Below are positions 1 through 12,777 of a DNA stretch of 64,000 bases, in pieces; the stretch's first letter is position 1; each line of letters starts with the position of its first letter. The notes under the pieces are model-generated. The model saw nothing but the letters and a program-made list of their open reading frames with translations. It was not told where the DNA came from and did no database searches. Source of the stretch: Tricharina praecox. Taxonomy: Eukaryota. The stretch spans positions 124,001-188,000 of the forward strand of contig NW_026250435.1 in assembly GCF_024521635.1 (NCBI RefSeq). Direction: 5' to 3'. The position numbers were made by a program, and so were the translations under genes.

Positions 1-2369
1 CTCCGACGGCTCGCAGCTGATCGTCACCGACGTGCTCGACGGCCAGGGCGCGCAGAGGACCGATGCCGCCGGCAAGGCGGTCGAGAAGAACGACGATCTC
101 ATCTGGACTGCCGTGCACCCGGACGGCATCAGCAATGTCACCGCCTACGAGTTCTCGACGCTCGACTTTGCGTATGGTGCTCGCGCCTCCGTCGTCAAGG
201 GCAGCCGCAGGAATGCCGAGGCACGTCCGTGGGTCACTCGCAACGATAGCACCATCGCGCAGGAGTACACCGTCGAGCCTCGCAAGGGCCAGACAATGAC
301 CATCCTGAAGTACGTCGGGATCGCGTCGACCGATGCGTTCCCCGATCCCAAGAAGACTGCCCGCGACGCAGCGTTCGCCGCCAAGAAGACGGGATGGAAG
401 AAGCTGCTCGCCGAGCACAGGGCTTGCTGGGAGGCCCTGTGGGAGGACGCCGACATCGAGATTCCCGGAAAGGAGCTCGAGGAACTGCAGATCTCGGTTC
501 GCGCGTCGTTGTTCCACCTGCTGTCCAACGTTCGCTCCGAGACCGAAGGCGAGGGCATCGGTGACAACTCCATCTCCGTCGGTGGCTTGAGCAGCGACTC
601 GTACGCGGGCCTGGTGTTCTGGGACGCGGAGCTGTGGATGCTTCCTGGGCTCCTGGTGCTCCATCCCGAGCATGCCGCTTCCATCAACAACTACCGCACC
701 AAGATGTTGCCACAGGCGCGTGAGAACGCGAAGGAGTACGGGCTCGAGGGTGCCCTGTACCCATGGACCAGCTCCAGATACGGAAACTGCACTGGCACGG
801 GTCCCTGTGCTGACTACCAGTACCACCTCAACACCGATATCGCCCTGGTCCATTGGCACCAGTTCTTGACTACCGGAGATATGGACTGGTTCCGGGAGAA
901 GGGCTGGCCTGTGATCGAAGCGGTGGCTCAGATGTGGTCGGGTCTCGTGGATAAAGCCTTGACCGACGACGCCGACGGCTTGAAGAAGGGGATGTACACT
1001 GTTAACAATATGACTGATCCTGTATGTTTCTCCCCCACATGACTCGCTACCCATGAGACTAATCGGGTCGCAGGATGAATATGCCAACCACATCGACAAT
1101 GGTGCCTTCACCACTTCCGGTGTCAAGGTCATCATGGGCATCGCCCAACAGGCAGCGGCGATCATGGGACTCAATACCCCGCCGAAGTGGGCCGACGTCG
1201 AGACGAACATGTTCATCCCGTACAACACCGAAGCACAAATCATCCCCGAATACGCGCAGATGAACGGCAGTGTCGAGATCAAGCAGGCGGACGTGGTGTT
1301 GATCAACTACCCGCTCGAATTCCGGCTGAACGAGAGCCAGGCGCTGAACGACCTCGACTTTTACGCGCGCGCGCAATCCCCCGATGGCCCGGCCATGACC
1401 TGGGCGATATTTGCCATCAGCGCTCTGGATCTGTCCCCGCGCGGATGTGCCAGCTGGACGTACTTCCTCTACGCCTCGCAGCCGTACCTGCGCGAGCCGT
1501 ACTACCAGTTCTCGGAGCAGATCCTCGACGACATCTACGCCAACGGCAACACCAATCCCGCCTTCCCGTTCCTGACGGGCCACGGCGGCTTCCTGCAGAT
1601 CCCAACCCACGGCTTCACCGGCTACCGTCCCCGCCTCGACGCCTTCTACCTCGACCCGTCCGTGCCTCCACAGCTCGAGGAAGGTGTGACCATCAAGGGA
1701 ATGAAGCACCACGGCGCTAGCTTCAACGTGCGTGTGACCCCCGAGAACACGACGATCACCCGTCGCCGCATCACCACGCGCAAGCAGCCCTCGGGCCCGG
1801 TCACTGTGCGCATCGGCTCCCGCAACTCTATGGGCGGCGACTACCCACTGCTCCCCGGCGAGTCGCTCGTCGTCCCCACGCGGCGCCCAGACCTGAACGG
1901 TACCGACATCCCCGGCAACAAGGCCGAGTGCAAGCTCGCCACAACCCTCGACGCCTACGTCCCAGGGCAATTCCCGATCGGCGCCGTCGACGGCAGCAAC
2001 CACACGCAGTGGCGGCCGCACTCCGCTGCGCCCGCTGACCTGACCGTCGACCTCGGCGCGCTGACGGATATCAACGCCATCAGCCTCAACTGGGCAAAGT
2101 GGCCGCCGATCAGGTGGGCGCTGTTCGCGAGCAACGATACCGCGCAGGAGAAGGTGTGGCAAATGGTGTTTAAGGCAGATACCGTGGAGATCTCGGCGCC
2201 TTGGAGGGCCGAGGACGCGCTTAAGGTCGTTATGCAGACCGGGAATACTACCGTTGTACAGCTGGAGGAGGGGCAGAGGAAAAAGGCGAGATATGTTAAG
2301 CTTACGATTGAGGGCGATAGGAGCGGTGAGGGCCATGGTGGTACGGTGGCGCAGTTGGGGATTTTGTGA
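1..2369 (+). CDS. ATH1: Acid trehalase, glycoside hydrolase family 65 (5'-truncated by window edge)
   Basis: GH65 motifs (SISVGGLSSDSYAGLVFWDAELWM, YQYHLNTDI, DPDEYANH, IKQADVVL, PAFPFLTGHGG) and a C-terminal F5/8-like region (GAVDGSNHTQW). Intron 1022-1073 (gtatgt...ctaat...cag) joins ORFs 32..1042 and 1053..2369. Confidence 0.92.
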
Positions 2370-2475
2370 GTACACTTTAGCTATACCCCGTGCGGTGGAT
2401 GTGGGCGTTATGGTACATGGTACTACTATACATGGGGGAGTATGATACTGGAGGTGAGTACGATGCTAAATGGGG

Positions 2476-2778
2476 GATTGATGGATTGATTGATTGATTA
2501 AATGACTGATTGCTGGATTGCTTGCTTATTGGATTGCTTGTTTGATTGTTGGATTGCTTGTTTGAAGGAGTTAAGACGTCCTTTTTTGAATCCGGTACGA
2601 TATAGTATAGTTACAACGGATAAACGTATTGTAGTAGTCTGCTCGTCTGTCTGTTTGCTCGTCTGTCTGTCTGCTCGTCTGTCTGTCTGCTCGTCTATTG
2701 TTTTTGGTTATTTTTTAGGGAAAATAAATGGCTAAAGAGTAAAAGAGTGGAAGAGTGAAAGAGTGAAAGAGTGAAAGT
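2476..2778. repeat. Cluster of microsatellites: (GATT)n, (GTCT)n, (GAGTGAAA)n
   Basis: Directly visible at ~2476-2500, ~2637-2695 and ~2737-2778. Confidence 0.85.
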
Positions 2779-3125
2779 GATGATGTATGCCCGCGTCTAC
2801 TGGTACATCTCCGTCTCGTCTGCCATGGTATTGACCACTGTATTCCGCAGACAACTCAATCCCTACTATTTCCAGCTATGTACCTCTTCCATGGGCCATA
2901 CATGTCTGATCTGATTGCGTGCGCAGAGTGAAAGTGTGATGATGTATGTCCGCGTCTACGTACATCTCCGTCTCGTTTACCACGGCATTAACAGTAACCA
3001 CTCTACCGAGTCTGCTCCGCAGACAGTTGTCAGAAACTCACCCCCCTAGGTACTACTTCCAGCTATATACCTCTTAGTCCTCTCCCATAGGCCATACATG
3101 TCCGGTCCGATTGCGTACATACGCG
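2770..3125. repeat. Diverged tandem duplication of a ~155-200 bp non-coding unit
   Basis: Copy A (~2770-2925) and copy B (~2926-3125) share gagtgaaagt..gatgatgtatg.ccgcgtctac, tacatctccgtctcgt, ccgcagaca, ttccagctat.tacctctt and ggccatacatgtc...gattgcgt. Confidence 0.85.
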
Positions 3126-3443
3126 TGTATAGAGTATACAGCGTGCACAGGCCAGTCGCACGGAGCAGATATGACATACTGGGCTACCTCATCCGTCCGT
3201 GATTCCGTCCGTGTTCTCCGTCCGCGTTTTTCTCCGCGCAACAAGGCGGAGGGTTCGTATATATCTCGAGTTTTTTCCCCACTCCTCCAAGAAACAATCC
3301 AACCATCCCACCGGACAGCATTCAATCCTCCAGCCAGCCAGCCAACCGGACAGCATTCAATCGCCCGCCGGATAGTAGCTAATCAGACAGCAAAAGCACA
3401 GCACAGCAGCAGCCCCCCAACGGTTCACCCCCACGAACGAGTA

Positions 3444-3487
3444 AGCCAGTTAAGCCAGTTGAGCCAGTTGAGCCAGTTGAGCCAGTA
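3444..3487. repeat. 9-bp tandem repeat (AGCCAGTTG/A)x~5 immediately upstream of the SDR start codon
   Basis: Directly visible. Confidence 0.8.
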
Positions 3488-4499
3488 TGATGTCTCGCCT
3501 CCTCCGCCCCACCAGCTCGCTGCTGTGCCGTCTACAGCCATCGCCGATCCGCTCTCTGGTGCATCCTCCCTTTCCCGCCCACCTCCAACCTCGCAGCACT
3601 GACTCTCACCCATACAGGCCACCGTCTCCGCCCCGCGGCTCCCGGCGGACCTCTCGATCTCCTCCAAAGTGATCCTCATCACGGGTGGCGGTCGGGGACT
3701 CGGGTTAACACAGGGGGAAGCCCTCGCCGCCGCCGGCGCAACAGTGTACGCCCTGGACGTGCACTCCGCTGCGCCCACCGAGTTCACACGTGCCGCCTCC
3801 CTGCTGCCAGCGGGCGGGGGGCAGCTGCACTACCTTCCCCTAGACGTACGGGACAACTTGGCGCTGACAGCCGCGGTGCGGGGGGTAGCGGATGCTGAGG
3901 GGAGGATCGACGGGTTAATTGCGGCTGCGGGCGTGCTCGAGGAGGTCGATGCCCTCCGCTGCACCAAGGAGCAGTTTGATCGTATCATGGGGATTAATGT
4001 TACCGGCGTGTTTTTGTCCGCTCAGGCGTGTGCAAGGGAGATGGTTAGGCTCGCGGAACAAAGAGGCGAGGAGAAGGCTGGTGGGAGTATTGTACTTGTC
4101 GCTAGCATGAGCGGTGTCGTGGCGAATCGCGTTTGTCTCCCAGCCCACCTCCCCTTCTTCTTCTCAGTGCTAACACAGCAGCAGGGCGTCCCCATGGCGG
4201 CCTACAACACGTCGAAATCGGCGGTGCACCAGCTATCGCGCAACCTCGCGGCAGAATGGGGCGTTCCGCACGGTATCCGCGTGAACACTTTGTCGCCGGG
4301 GTACATAGCAACAAAGATGGTCGAGAACCTGTTTGAGCGGTACCCCGAGCGCAGACAGCTGTGGAGCCAGCAGAACATGCTGGGACGCATCAGCTCGCCC
4401 GATGAGTATAAGGGTGTCGCGGTGTTTCTCATGAGTGAGGCGAGCAGCTTCATGACCGGCGCGGATTTGATGGTCGATGGGGGGCATAGAGCTTGGTAG
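3487..4499 (+). CDS. Short-chain dehydrogenase/reductase (polyol dehydrogenase-like) with a probable mitochondrial presequence
   Basis: TGGGRGLG Rossmann motif, YNTSK catalytic motif, IRVNTLSPGYI, MTGADLMVDGG. Introns 3559-3617 and 4131-4184 give a continuous frame starting MMSRLLRPTSSLLCRL. Confidence 0.88.
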
Positions 4500-4928
4500 G
4501 TGGGGGATTGGGGGGTGAGGGGGTAATGTTTAATGTATGTGGAAGGTCGCAGTTGATGTAGTGGAGAGGGGAATAATATTGGTGACGGTGATGACGTGAT
4601 GCCGATTTCTCACACGATGGCGGCAACAAGAATCGAAGGCATCGATACCGCCTTCGCCATACCATGTTGATTGCTCCGTTGATTCACGTACAATCACCCG
4701 CGCCCATGGCCATGCGTCGCGAGATCCTCGAGATTCGATAAGATGAGATGAGATGAGATGAGATGCGATGAGATGCGATGCGATGCGATTACCCCCCAGT
4801 CGTTAGCTCCAAGCCCATTCGGCAACCTCCGCACAGACGTCATACATCTCGCAGCATCCCATCCCAACCCATCCCACCTTTACGGTTTCACAGTTTCACA
4901 GTTTCAGTTTCAGTTTTAATTGCCCACC

Positions 4929-6713
4929 ATGCCTCTCCGCCTACGAAAACCGCCCTCCATTCCGCGAACGCGGGTACGACTCGCTGCCCCCGCCGCCGCT
5001 GCCGGCCGCAATCCCATCCATCGCCAGTTCTCGCGCCCAGCCGCGCATCCCGCGCACCAGCACCGTCACCGTCCAAAAGGCTACATACTCCCCACCGCCG
5101 CCGCCGCTCCCACCAGCAGCACCCCTCCCATCAGCAGCACGCACTCCAACCCCCACCCCCATCAACCAACGATCTACGCGCTCTCGACACCCCCGGGCAA
5201 ATCCGCGATCGCCGTAATCCGCATTTCGGGCCCCTCCGCGCTCACGATCTACCGCTCGCTGACCTCACCCACCACCACCTCCCCCACCGCCGCGCCAACC
5301 CCACGGCACGCGCTCCTCCGCACGCTGCACCACCCACAGACACGTGAGGTCCTCGACCCCGGCGCGTTATGCCTGTTCTTCCCCGGGCCGCGCAGCCATA
5401 CAGGTGAGGACGTGCTGGAGCTTCACGTGCACGGCGGGGTGGCGATTATTCGCGCGGTGTTGGCGGCTGTGCCTGTTGCTGCTCAGGGAGCGGGAGGGGT
5501 AGGGGGAGCAGCTGGGGGGACGAGGTATGCGGAGCCTGGCGAGTTCACGCGGCGCGCGTTCTATAACGACCGGCTGTCGCTGCCGGAGATCGAAGCGCTC
5601 GGGGAGACGCTGGATGCTACGACTGAGGAGCAGAGGCGGCGCGCGGTCCGCGGTGCTGCTGGGGGGCTGGCGGATAGGTATGAGCGCTGGAGACGGCAGT
5701 TGGTGCTGGCACGGGGGGAGCTGGAGGCGCTCATAGATTTTGCGGAGGATCAGCATTTTGAGGAGAGTAACCGCGAGTTGGTGGCGGGGGTTGAGTTGAG
5801 GGTCAGGCAGTTAAGGGAGAGGCTAAGGGTCCATGTGGGCAATGCTGTCAGGGGGGAGTTGCTCAAGAATGGCATCTCGCTGTCGCTCGTCGGCGCGCCG
5901 AATGTGGGGAAGAGCTCGCTGCTCAATACCGTCGTCGGGCGGGAGGCGGTGATTGTCAGTCCCGAGGCGGGGACCACGCGGGACGTGGTGGATCTAGCCG
6001 TCGACGTGGGCGGGTTCATGGTCGTGCTCGGGGACACTGCCGGGCTGCGGGTGGACGACGTGGGCGTCGGCATGGTCGAGGAGGAGGGAATAAAGCGCGC
6101 CCGTGCCCGCGCCATGTCCGCCGACGTCGTCGTCGCGGTCGTCGACATCGTCGTTAACGACGACCACTCCGTCGGATTGCGCGTATCCCCCGAGCTGGAA
6201 AAACTCGTCAACGAGGCGGAGGAGGCGGGGAAGGAGGTGGTCGCGGTGGTGAACAAGACCGATCTGCACCCGGCCGCTGCGGACGCCCTGCCGATGGACG
6301 TCGTCCGCCAGGTCAACGATGCGTTCCCGAACATCAGGGATGACCGCATATTTGGCGTCTCCTGCCGCAAGCGGACCGAGCACGGCATCCAGCGGCTGCT
6401 GAACGGGCTCACGGGGATCTTCCAGCACATGACCAGTCCGCTCAGTCCGACCGCGGGCGCCTCCGCCGCGGAAATGTACGAGAGCATTGGCGCCACCGAG
6501 CGCCAGCGCGTGCTCGTCGAGGCGTGCATTTCGTTTCTGGATGACTTTTTGGAGATGGTTGAGGACGGCGAGGACGTGGATGTGGTCGTTGCTGCCGAAG
6601 AGCTCCGAGGCGCGGCCGAGTGTCTGGGCCGGATCACTGGGAGGGGGGAAATGGCTGGGGATGTCGAGGAGGTTCTGGGGGTTGTCTTTGAGAAGTTTTG
6701 CGTTGGCAAGTAG
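4929..6713 (+). CDS. MSS1: Mitochondrial tRNA modification GTPase (MnmE/TrmE/GTPBP3 family), intronless
   Basis: TIYALSTPPGKSAIAVIRISG, FFPGPRSHTGEDVLELHVHGG, GAPNVGKSS (G1), GTTRD (G2), DTAG (G3), NKTD (G4), C-terminal FCVGK. Confidence 0.95.
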   Translation: MPLRLRKPPSIPRTRVRLAAPAAAAGRNPIHRQFSRPAAHPAHQHRHRPKGYILPTAAAAPTSSTPPISSTHSNPHPHQPTIYALSTPPGKSAIAVIRISGPSALTIYRSLTSPTTTSPTAAPTPRHALLRTLHHPQTREVLDPGALCLFFPGPRSHTGEDVLELHVHGGVAIIRAVLAAVPVAAQGAGGVGGAAGGTRYAEPGEFTRRAFYNDRLSLPEIEALGETLDATTEEQRRRAVRGAAGGLADRYERWRRQLVLARGELEALIDFAEDQHFEESNRELVAGVELRVRQLRERLRVHVGNAVRGELLKNGISLSLVGAPNVGKSSLLNTVVGREAVIVSPEAGTTRDVVDLAVDVGGFMVVLGDTAGLRVDDVGVGMVEEEGIKRARARAMSADVVVAVVDIVVNDDHSVGLRVSPELEKLVNEAEEAGKEVVAVVNKTDLHPAAADALPMDVVRQVNDAFPNIRDDRIFGVSCRKRTEHGIQRLLNGLTGIFQHMTSPLSPTAGASAAEMYESIGATERQRVLVEACISFLDDFLEMVEDGEDVDVVVAAEELRGAAECLGRITGRGEMAGDVEEVLGVVFEKFCVGK

Positions 6714-7016
6714 AGATTGAGATAGGTATTCGCACTTATATTTTTCGACCGTGCAAACAAAAAGAAGCTCTGACTATGGGACACATAGTAACTCTATATT
6801 CACACGCAGTATGTAGCAAGAAAGGAATGAGACACTAAGGTGAAGTACAAAAACACCTATACACACACATACACACGCAGGGACAGAAGAAGGAACAAGC
6901 CGAAACCAACAGCTGCAGGAATGCAAAGAAAACGAAGAATCAAACCAACACAAGGAAACAAAACGCAAGGAAAACACAAACGCGACGGACGGTATTTTCA
7001 AACCCGGTAACCCTCC

Positions 7017-7809
7017 TCACATCGCCTCCCTGAACGCACTCCTCCTTGAGCTATCGATACTCGGGCGTCCCCCCTGAATCCTAACATCGCCAAAGCCATC
7101 CTTCCTGGTCACATCCTGATCGAACGGGTTCTTCCCGGCAGCGGTGGGCTCATCGCCATAATCGACATAGACCTCAGCGCCACGGTTCCTACTGCGTCCA
7201 CGGTCCTCCTCTCTCCCGACGCCCAGATCCTGCTCTCTACTGCGTGGCGCCAACGCACCAATCACAGCCTCCTTGACGCCCTGCGACGCCCCCGTGTACT
7301 CCGTCGTCTCCTCGTGGTCCATGCGGCTATCCCACGCGCCCTCGTCGAATGCGCCGCGGGTGCGCGCCGAGCGCTCATTCGCGCCGGTATACCCGCCGCG
7401 CGACGGCTTCAAGAAGCCGAACAGCCCGCGCGTGCCGCCGGACGCCGCCGGCCGCGTCGGCTCGTAGCTGCCGCCGCGAGGCTTCCCCGGGAGGCACGGG
7501 AAGAACGTGTGCAGCGTTGGCGGCGGAAGCCCGAGTGAGCGGTGACGAAGGAAGGTTCGCGTCTGGGGTGGGTCAGTGGAGCTCAAGGGGGGGGGAGAGG
7601 GGGGGGGGAAAGGGAAGGCTCACCACCCAGGCTATCACCCCGACTACGAAGACGCAGGCGATCACGATCCCGGCGATCGCGCCGGCAGAGAGCCCTTTGT
7701 CCTTGTGTCCGCCGAAGTGTGGGTGTGTCGCGCCGTATGGCGGGTGCGTCGTGTGCCCGAAGTGGGGGTGCGTCGCGCCGTAGGGGATGTCGGAGCGCGG
7801 GAGGATCAT
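7017..7809 (-). CDS. Hypothetical single-pass membrane protein
   Basis: Exon 1 ends in the TM segment GLSAGAIAGIVIACVFVVGVIAWV. Intron 7623-7563 (gtgagc...ctgac...cag) joins it in frame to TRTFLRHRSLGLPPP..., ending SRRSAFREAM. The N-terminus has a duplicated YGATHPHFG. Confidence 0.7.
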
Positions 7810-9273
7810 GGTTGCTGCTGTCGTGCTGTGCGGTGGAGCGATTCGAGTCCCTTGCTTTGTTTCTGTTTCTGTTTCTGTTTTGCGTTGCTCTGCGTTGCTC
7901 TGCGTTGCTTCGCTATGCTCTGCTTGTGTCTGTGTCTGTACGAGTGTCGTGCGTCAAGCAAAAGCGGATTCAATACATCAAAGTTATCCGTCCAGCAGTG
8001 TGAGTTATCGCGAAGTCCTCGAAAGCAGCAGTGGTGGTAGTTGTAGAGAACGAAAGAAAGCTGGAAGGAGCGTGTGTGTTTGAGTGTGAGTGTATGGAGT
8101 GTAGTGGGAGCAATAGCGACGACCTAAAGGCGATGCGATTCGAATCGACAACAAGGGGGGGTATGTAGAGTAGAGTGTTCTGCTCTAGGGGGCATCTGCC
8201 ACATGACGGAAACGGGAAAGGAGTGTACCGTCCATACTGGCCCGCCAAGCCAAGCCCAACGCCTCAGGGGTGCGGGATGGGGGGCAAACTTCGGCAGCGA
8301 AAGGAAGCAAAGCAAAGCAATAGTAATAGCGATCAAAGCGCACGGGCCTGCCGCCGTCGCCTCCTGGCCGCCACCGCACGCTCACCGACCGACCGACAGA
8401 CCGGCGGACGAAATCAAACCTGCGTGCCTGCCTCAGCGGAACACCGTTCTACCAACACCCCACGGTCCAAGCTGGCAAGAAGCCATAGGGCAAAATCCCA
8501 ACTGAAGTCTGAAGTATGAAATCCTGCTATCCGCGCGTAGAGTAGTGACTGCTATCTAATTTCAGACCCGCCCAGTTTCAGCCTTGCAAACTTGTAATGC
8601 ATTTCCCACATGGACGGACGCCAAGCGACAAAACTGCAAAAGCTCCCCACGTCGAAGGAGGCGCAGCGGGAGATTCGCCGGAGACACCCGGCCGTGTAGA
8701 GTATGTACTCAAGTTGGACGAAACCTGGATGGTGGTAGTGGATAGGAGGTGGGCACGTGACTCTGTTATCTCTCAATGGGACTGGAATGCTCCATTCACA
8801 CGACTCGTCAGAGAGAAACTTTCCTGAATTCTTTTTGTTCTTCTTTCCGTTCACATTTCTTGGATGTTCTAACTTCTTGGAACCGAGAAGTTGTGTGGAT
8901 ACCTAGTGAAGATGAGTGATGCGCTCTGAATCTGTCTATCAGTCACTCGCTATTTGTAGTGCCTCTTCACTCCAGCCTCCCATTCACTTATATAGGTAGC
9001 CAAGCAGCTTGACAGTCATACCGTACCATAGCTTGAGTTCCGGAGTGAGATCCAGCTCACGACCACCACCGCCGCTAACATCACCGATTCTCTGTGTAAT
9101 TGTTTACTATATTTACGAACTTCACAATTGTCTTCGGCGTGCTCTACTATGAATCTAGGGTACCTAGAGTAGATTAAAACGGCCCCTGCATGATACAATC
9201 CGATCTACATCACACGAATAAACGTTGTTCTGTCGTGATTCCCAGCGACCATGCACTTCGCACATATATGCAC

Positions 9274-11110
9274 CTAGATATCCTTCAAAGCCCCAAACTT
9301 CGGAGTCCCCAGACCCGTCACGGGATCCTGTATATTCCCGTCAGTCAGCATCTTCTCCGCCGTGCATGCAATCCAGACTCCGGAGACGTACCCAACCAAC
9401 CGTCGCATTCCACCCAGCACCGGGGACAATTCCCGGCCCTCCCTCGATGGGCTCTCCACCCCAAATCCCATCACAGCCGGTGCTCCTTCCGGTGGTGACA
9501 TCAGTGAACGCCTTGGGGTTCCTGTACAGCGCGGGATTGAGGAACCCGAGACACTTCTTCCCCCTGCGCTGTCTGTAATCGTTGACCAGCGCGATGATCC
9601 CCGCGAACACCGGTGCCGCCGCCGACGTGCCGCTGACCTGCCGCGCCGAGCCGCCTAGGACCACTTCGTAGTTGCTCGCCTGCGCGGCGACGTCGGGGAA
9701 GCCGCGGCCGGTCGTGTTGAAGTACTTCACGTACGGGCGCCATGCGGCGGGCTGCGTGCGGAAGTACCGGGCGATCGTGGAGCGCTGGTAGGCGGGCGCC
9801 TCCCAGGTTTCCGAGAACCCGCCGCTGGAGAAGTCGACCGCGTGCTCTGGGGCGACGCCTTCCGTGCCGCCGACGGAGGTGACCCACGGGCAGGCGGCGG
9901 GGAAGACCGGCTGGAAGCGGGTGCTGTTCGTGCCGTCGTTGGTTTTGCACGACCAGCCGGTGCCCGAGTCGCCGCTAGCGAAGATTACGGACACGCCGCG
10001 TGCACCGAGACGTGCGAATTGGTTGCATACCGAGAGCCGGTAGGAGAGAGGCACGGTTTGCTCGCTTTCGCCGTAGGACGTGCTGAGAACGCTGGGCAAA
10101 GTGCGCTGCGATAGCAGGTACTCGAGGTATTCGAGGTATGGCTCGGAGTTGTTTTCTGTTACGTCGAGGTCGGAGACGAATGGGGGACGGCCGGCAGTGC
10201 TGAAGTAGGTGTTCTCCGCGGGGTAGCTGATGCCGACAGTGTACTGGATATCCAGGTTTGCTTCCACGAAGGCGTTGATGTCGGTAACGTTCTGCAGGTT
10301 CAGACCGCCGTTGACGGATACCACCGAGAAATTGGCTCCAGCAGCAGCAGGCCTGTATTTTTCGAGGAACGTTGTGAAATCATCGAACTGCGCATATTGT
10401 TCCAAGAAACCCGACACCCCTACACTAGCCTTTCCTTTCGATCGATATCCCCCGTATCCATACAAGTTGGCGAGACACTTCAGCGTGATGGAGGAATTAC
10501 AAGCCGCAGCCGTCTGCGTTGCAGTCCTGGCAGGCGCAGTCATACCTAAAGGCTCATGCGTGGCGCCCATCCGCTGCAGCCCAAACATGGTCGTTGGCTG
10601 CACCATCTCGATGAACCGCTTTACCGCCACAGGGACCGAGTATTCGGTCGTACGCACTATCGTCCGGCCATCCGTGTTATGGTACTTGTGGTATGTCGTC
10701 CTCAACAGGGACTGAGCCTGTTCCAGCGTCACGCGAGTTTTGATCACATCCCCGGAGGCGGAGAGTGAAGACTCGAGGTCGTGGGCGGAGAGCCACGAAG
10801 TGACCGCCGAGACCGCTTCCGGCGCTGCGGCGGTGAAGGCGCGGAGGGAGGTTTGCGTGTGATGGTCGCCGTAACGGGCGTGAGTGGGGTCGGAGACGGC
10901 GAGGAGCTCGTCCTCGAGGAGGGAGTGGGCCGTGGTGAGGTGAATGCGAAGGGTCAGGTGCGTGGAAGGGGCGGGTGCGGTGGGAAGGGTTCGCCATCCT
11001 TCCGGTGCAGGGTGTGATTCGAAGATGATGTAATCGTCGTGCTCTACGGGAGCTGCCAGGACGAGGGACGGCGCCAGAAGCAGCGAGAGGAGAGCAAGAG
11101 AGAACCGCAT
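9274..11110 (-). CDS. Secreted tripeptidyl peptidase / sedolisin (peptidase S53)
   Basis: Signal peptide MRFSLALLSLLL; prodomain; EANLD (catalytic E/D), ASGDSG, GRGFPDVAAQ, SGTSAAAP (catalytic S). Intron 9391-9328 joins GW to DPVTGLGTP. Confidence 0.93.
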
Positions 11111-12777
11111 GGCTGTGTGACGATTGCTGGCAGTAATGAGAATTGCGGGCTGGCTGGAGTCATTCCCTCGAGCGGGATACGACAGATATATACACGCCTT
11201 GCCCATTGCCGTGCATTTCTCCAGCTGCCCCCAACCGGGCACTCTAGTCCCACCGTCCTCTTTGAAAGTGCGCGGCTCTTTCCGTCTCCATTCCGCATCT
11301 CCATATTTTCCCGTGCCTGTCTATCTCGATATCGCACTCGCCGCCACCCCCTGCAGTTATGTATGGTGCTCCCAGGGTTCTGTAGCATAGGTATTATAAG
11401 CAGTATTCATCGTGCGCGACGGTTGAGCCGTAATGCTTGTTTGCACGCAATGCGCGGGGAACTGACGGTGGGGAATTCTGCTCCTGCGCGATAAACTATG
11501 TGCATTCTCTTTGATATCGCGGATAACTTCCTATCGGGGTACTCTGGCATCCAGTCGTGTCCTGGAGTGGCGAATGGTTGGAGGGCGATCTGCCTATCGT
11601 CTATCTCTGTGGTGATAGCTAGCCACGGTAGGGACATTAGATGCCTTCCGACATAACCCACCTATGCAGTTCTCCAGCTGGAATAACGGCATCGTTCGAG
11701 CAGAGCAAGACACCGGCGAGCTTCGATGGCCCAAAAGTCTACAATCCACATGTCTGATATGAAGATATGGATGTAACAAGGACAGCCGCGTCTTCTGGGT
11801 CCTGGCCTCCAATTCCGAACTCGTGCGACTTCTTCTTCATCGTCCCTACCCTTGCTTCCTGCACGGCCGGAGGATCATGAAAGATCACTCCATATTCCCA
11901 AAACGACGATCACGAACGTCAAAAGTCGCGCCCGCCTTGACGTCAACCGTCGCTCGCATGCTATATCCGGAGTCGACACGCATCACGTCTGCAGTGCTGC
12001 ATTCCTCCTCGCACCCGGAAATCTCCCGCTCACTACCGATCACCCTTCTTCTTCGTCTGCCCACGGCCATTGTTGAAACTGAGAAAAGAACTGGATTTGA
12101 TTGAATGAGATGGATGATATGAATGAGAAAGATGGGTAAAAGAGACGGCTTTTGATGACAAACGACGAGCTCGTGGAGACAAGGTATGAAGCCTCGGACA
12201 GAGAATGCTATCCACGATAGACAATGTCGGACTCGGCCACAGGGGGGCTGCAAGTCAGGGACGATGCCCATTGCTGAGAAGCTACAAAAGCTGCTCACTG
12301 CAATGAGAGAAAGGGACAAAGGACAGTGCCAAGAACCAGGTCCCGGAATGGACAAGTACCTAGAGTATGTAGACGCATCCCGTCGCGTGGGAATGAGGTA
12401 CTGTATTCTCCACTGTCACAGCAGTCTGCAAGGACGGAACGCCACATCCGATGTTTGGTGGTGGCTGTGGTGTGCGTATGACGTCATGCAGCTGTCACTC
12501 GGTATGTGACTTGTCAAGCTCTCTCGACTGCGGATTTGGAAATGCCGAGCAGATGGGAAAGAGGATAAGAACTTCCATCGGTGGCTGGAGCTTGGAGAGA
12601 GAGAACGAGCGATACCTTCCCCGACTGCTACTGCCACCCTCTTTGCGGATCGACACACACACGCACCGGTCTGTCTGTGCTCCCGGCTCGCAACGCAATA
12701 CCTAACTCACGAATATCACATACCGTCCACGCCGAACACCGCAACATACCCGTGAGATACAAACCATCACCGCCGCC

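Noticed and set aside
1059..2375. Long antisense or alternative-frame ORFs (also 5750-6784, 12783-13817, 13162-14130, 20245-21111, 32805-33635)
   Set aside because: Expected shadows of high-GC3 coding sequence; no motifs.
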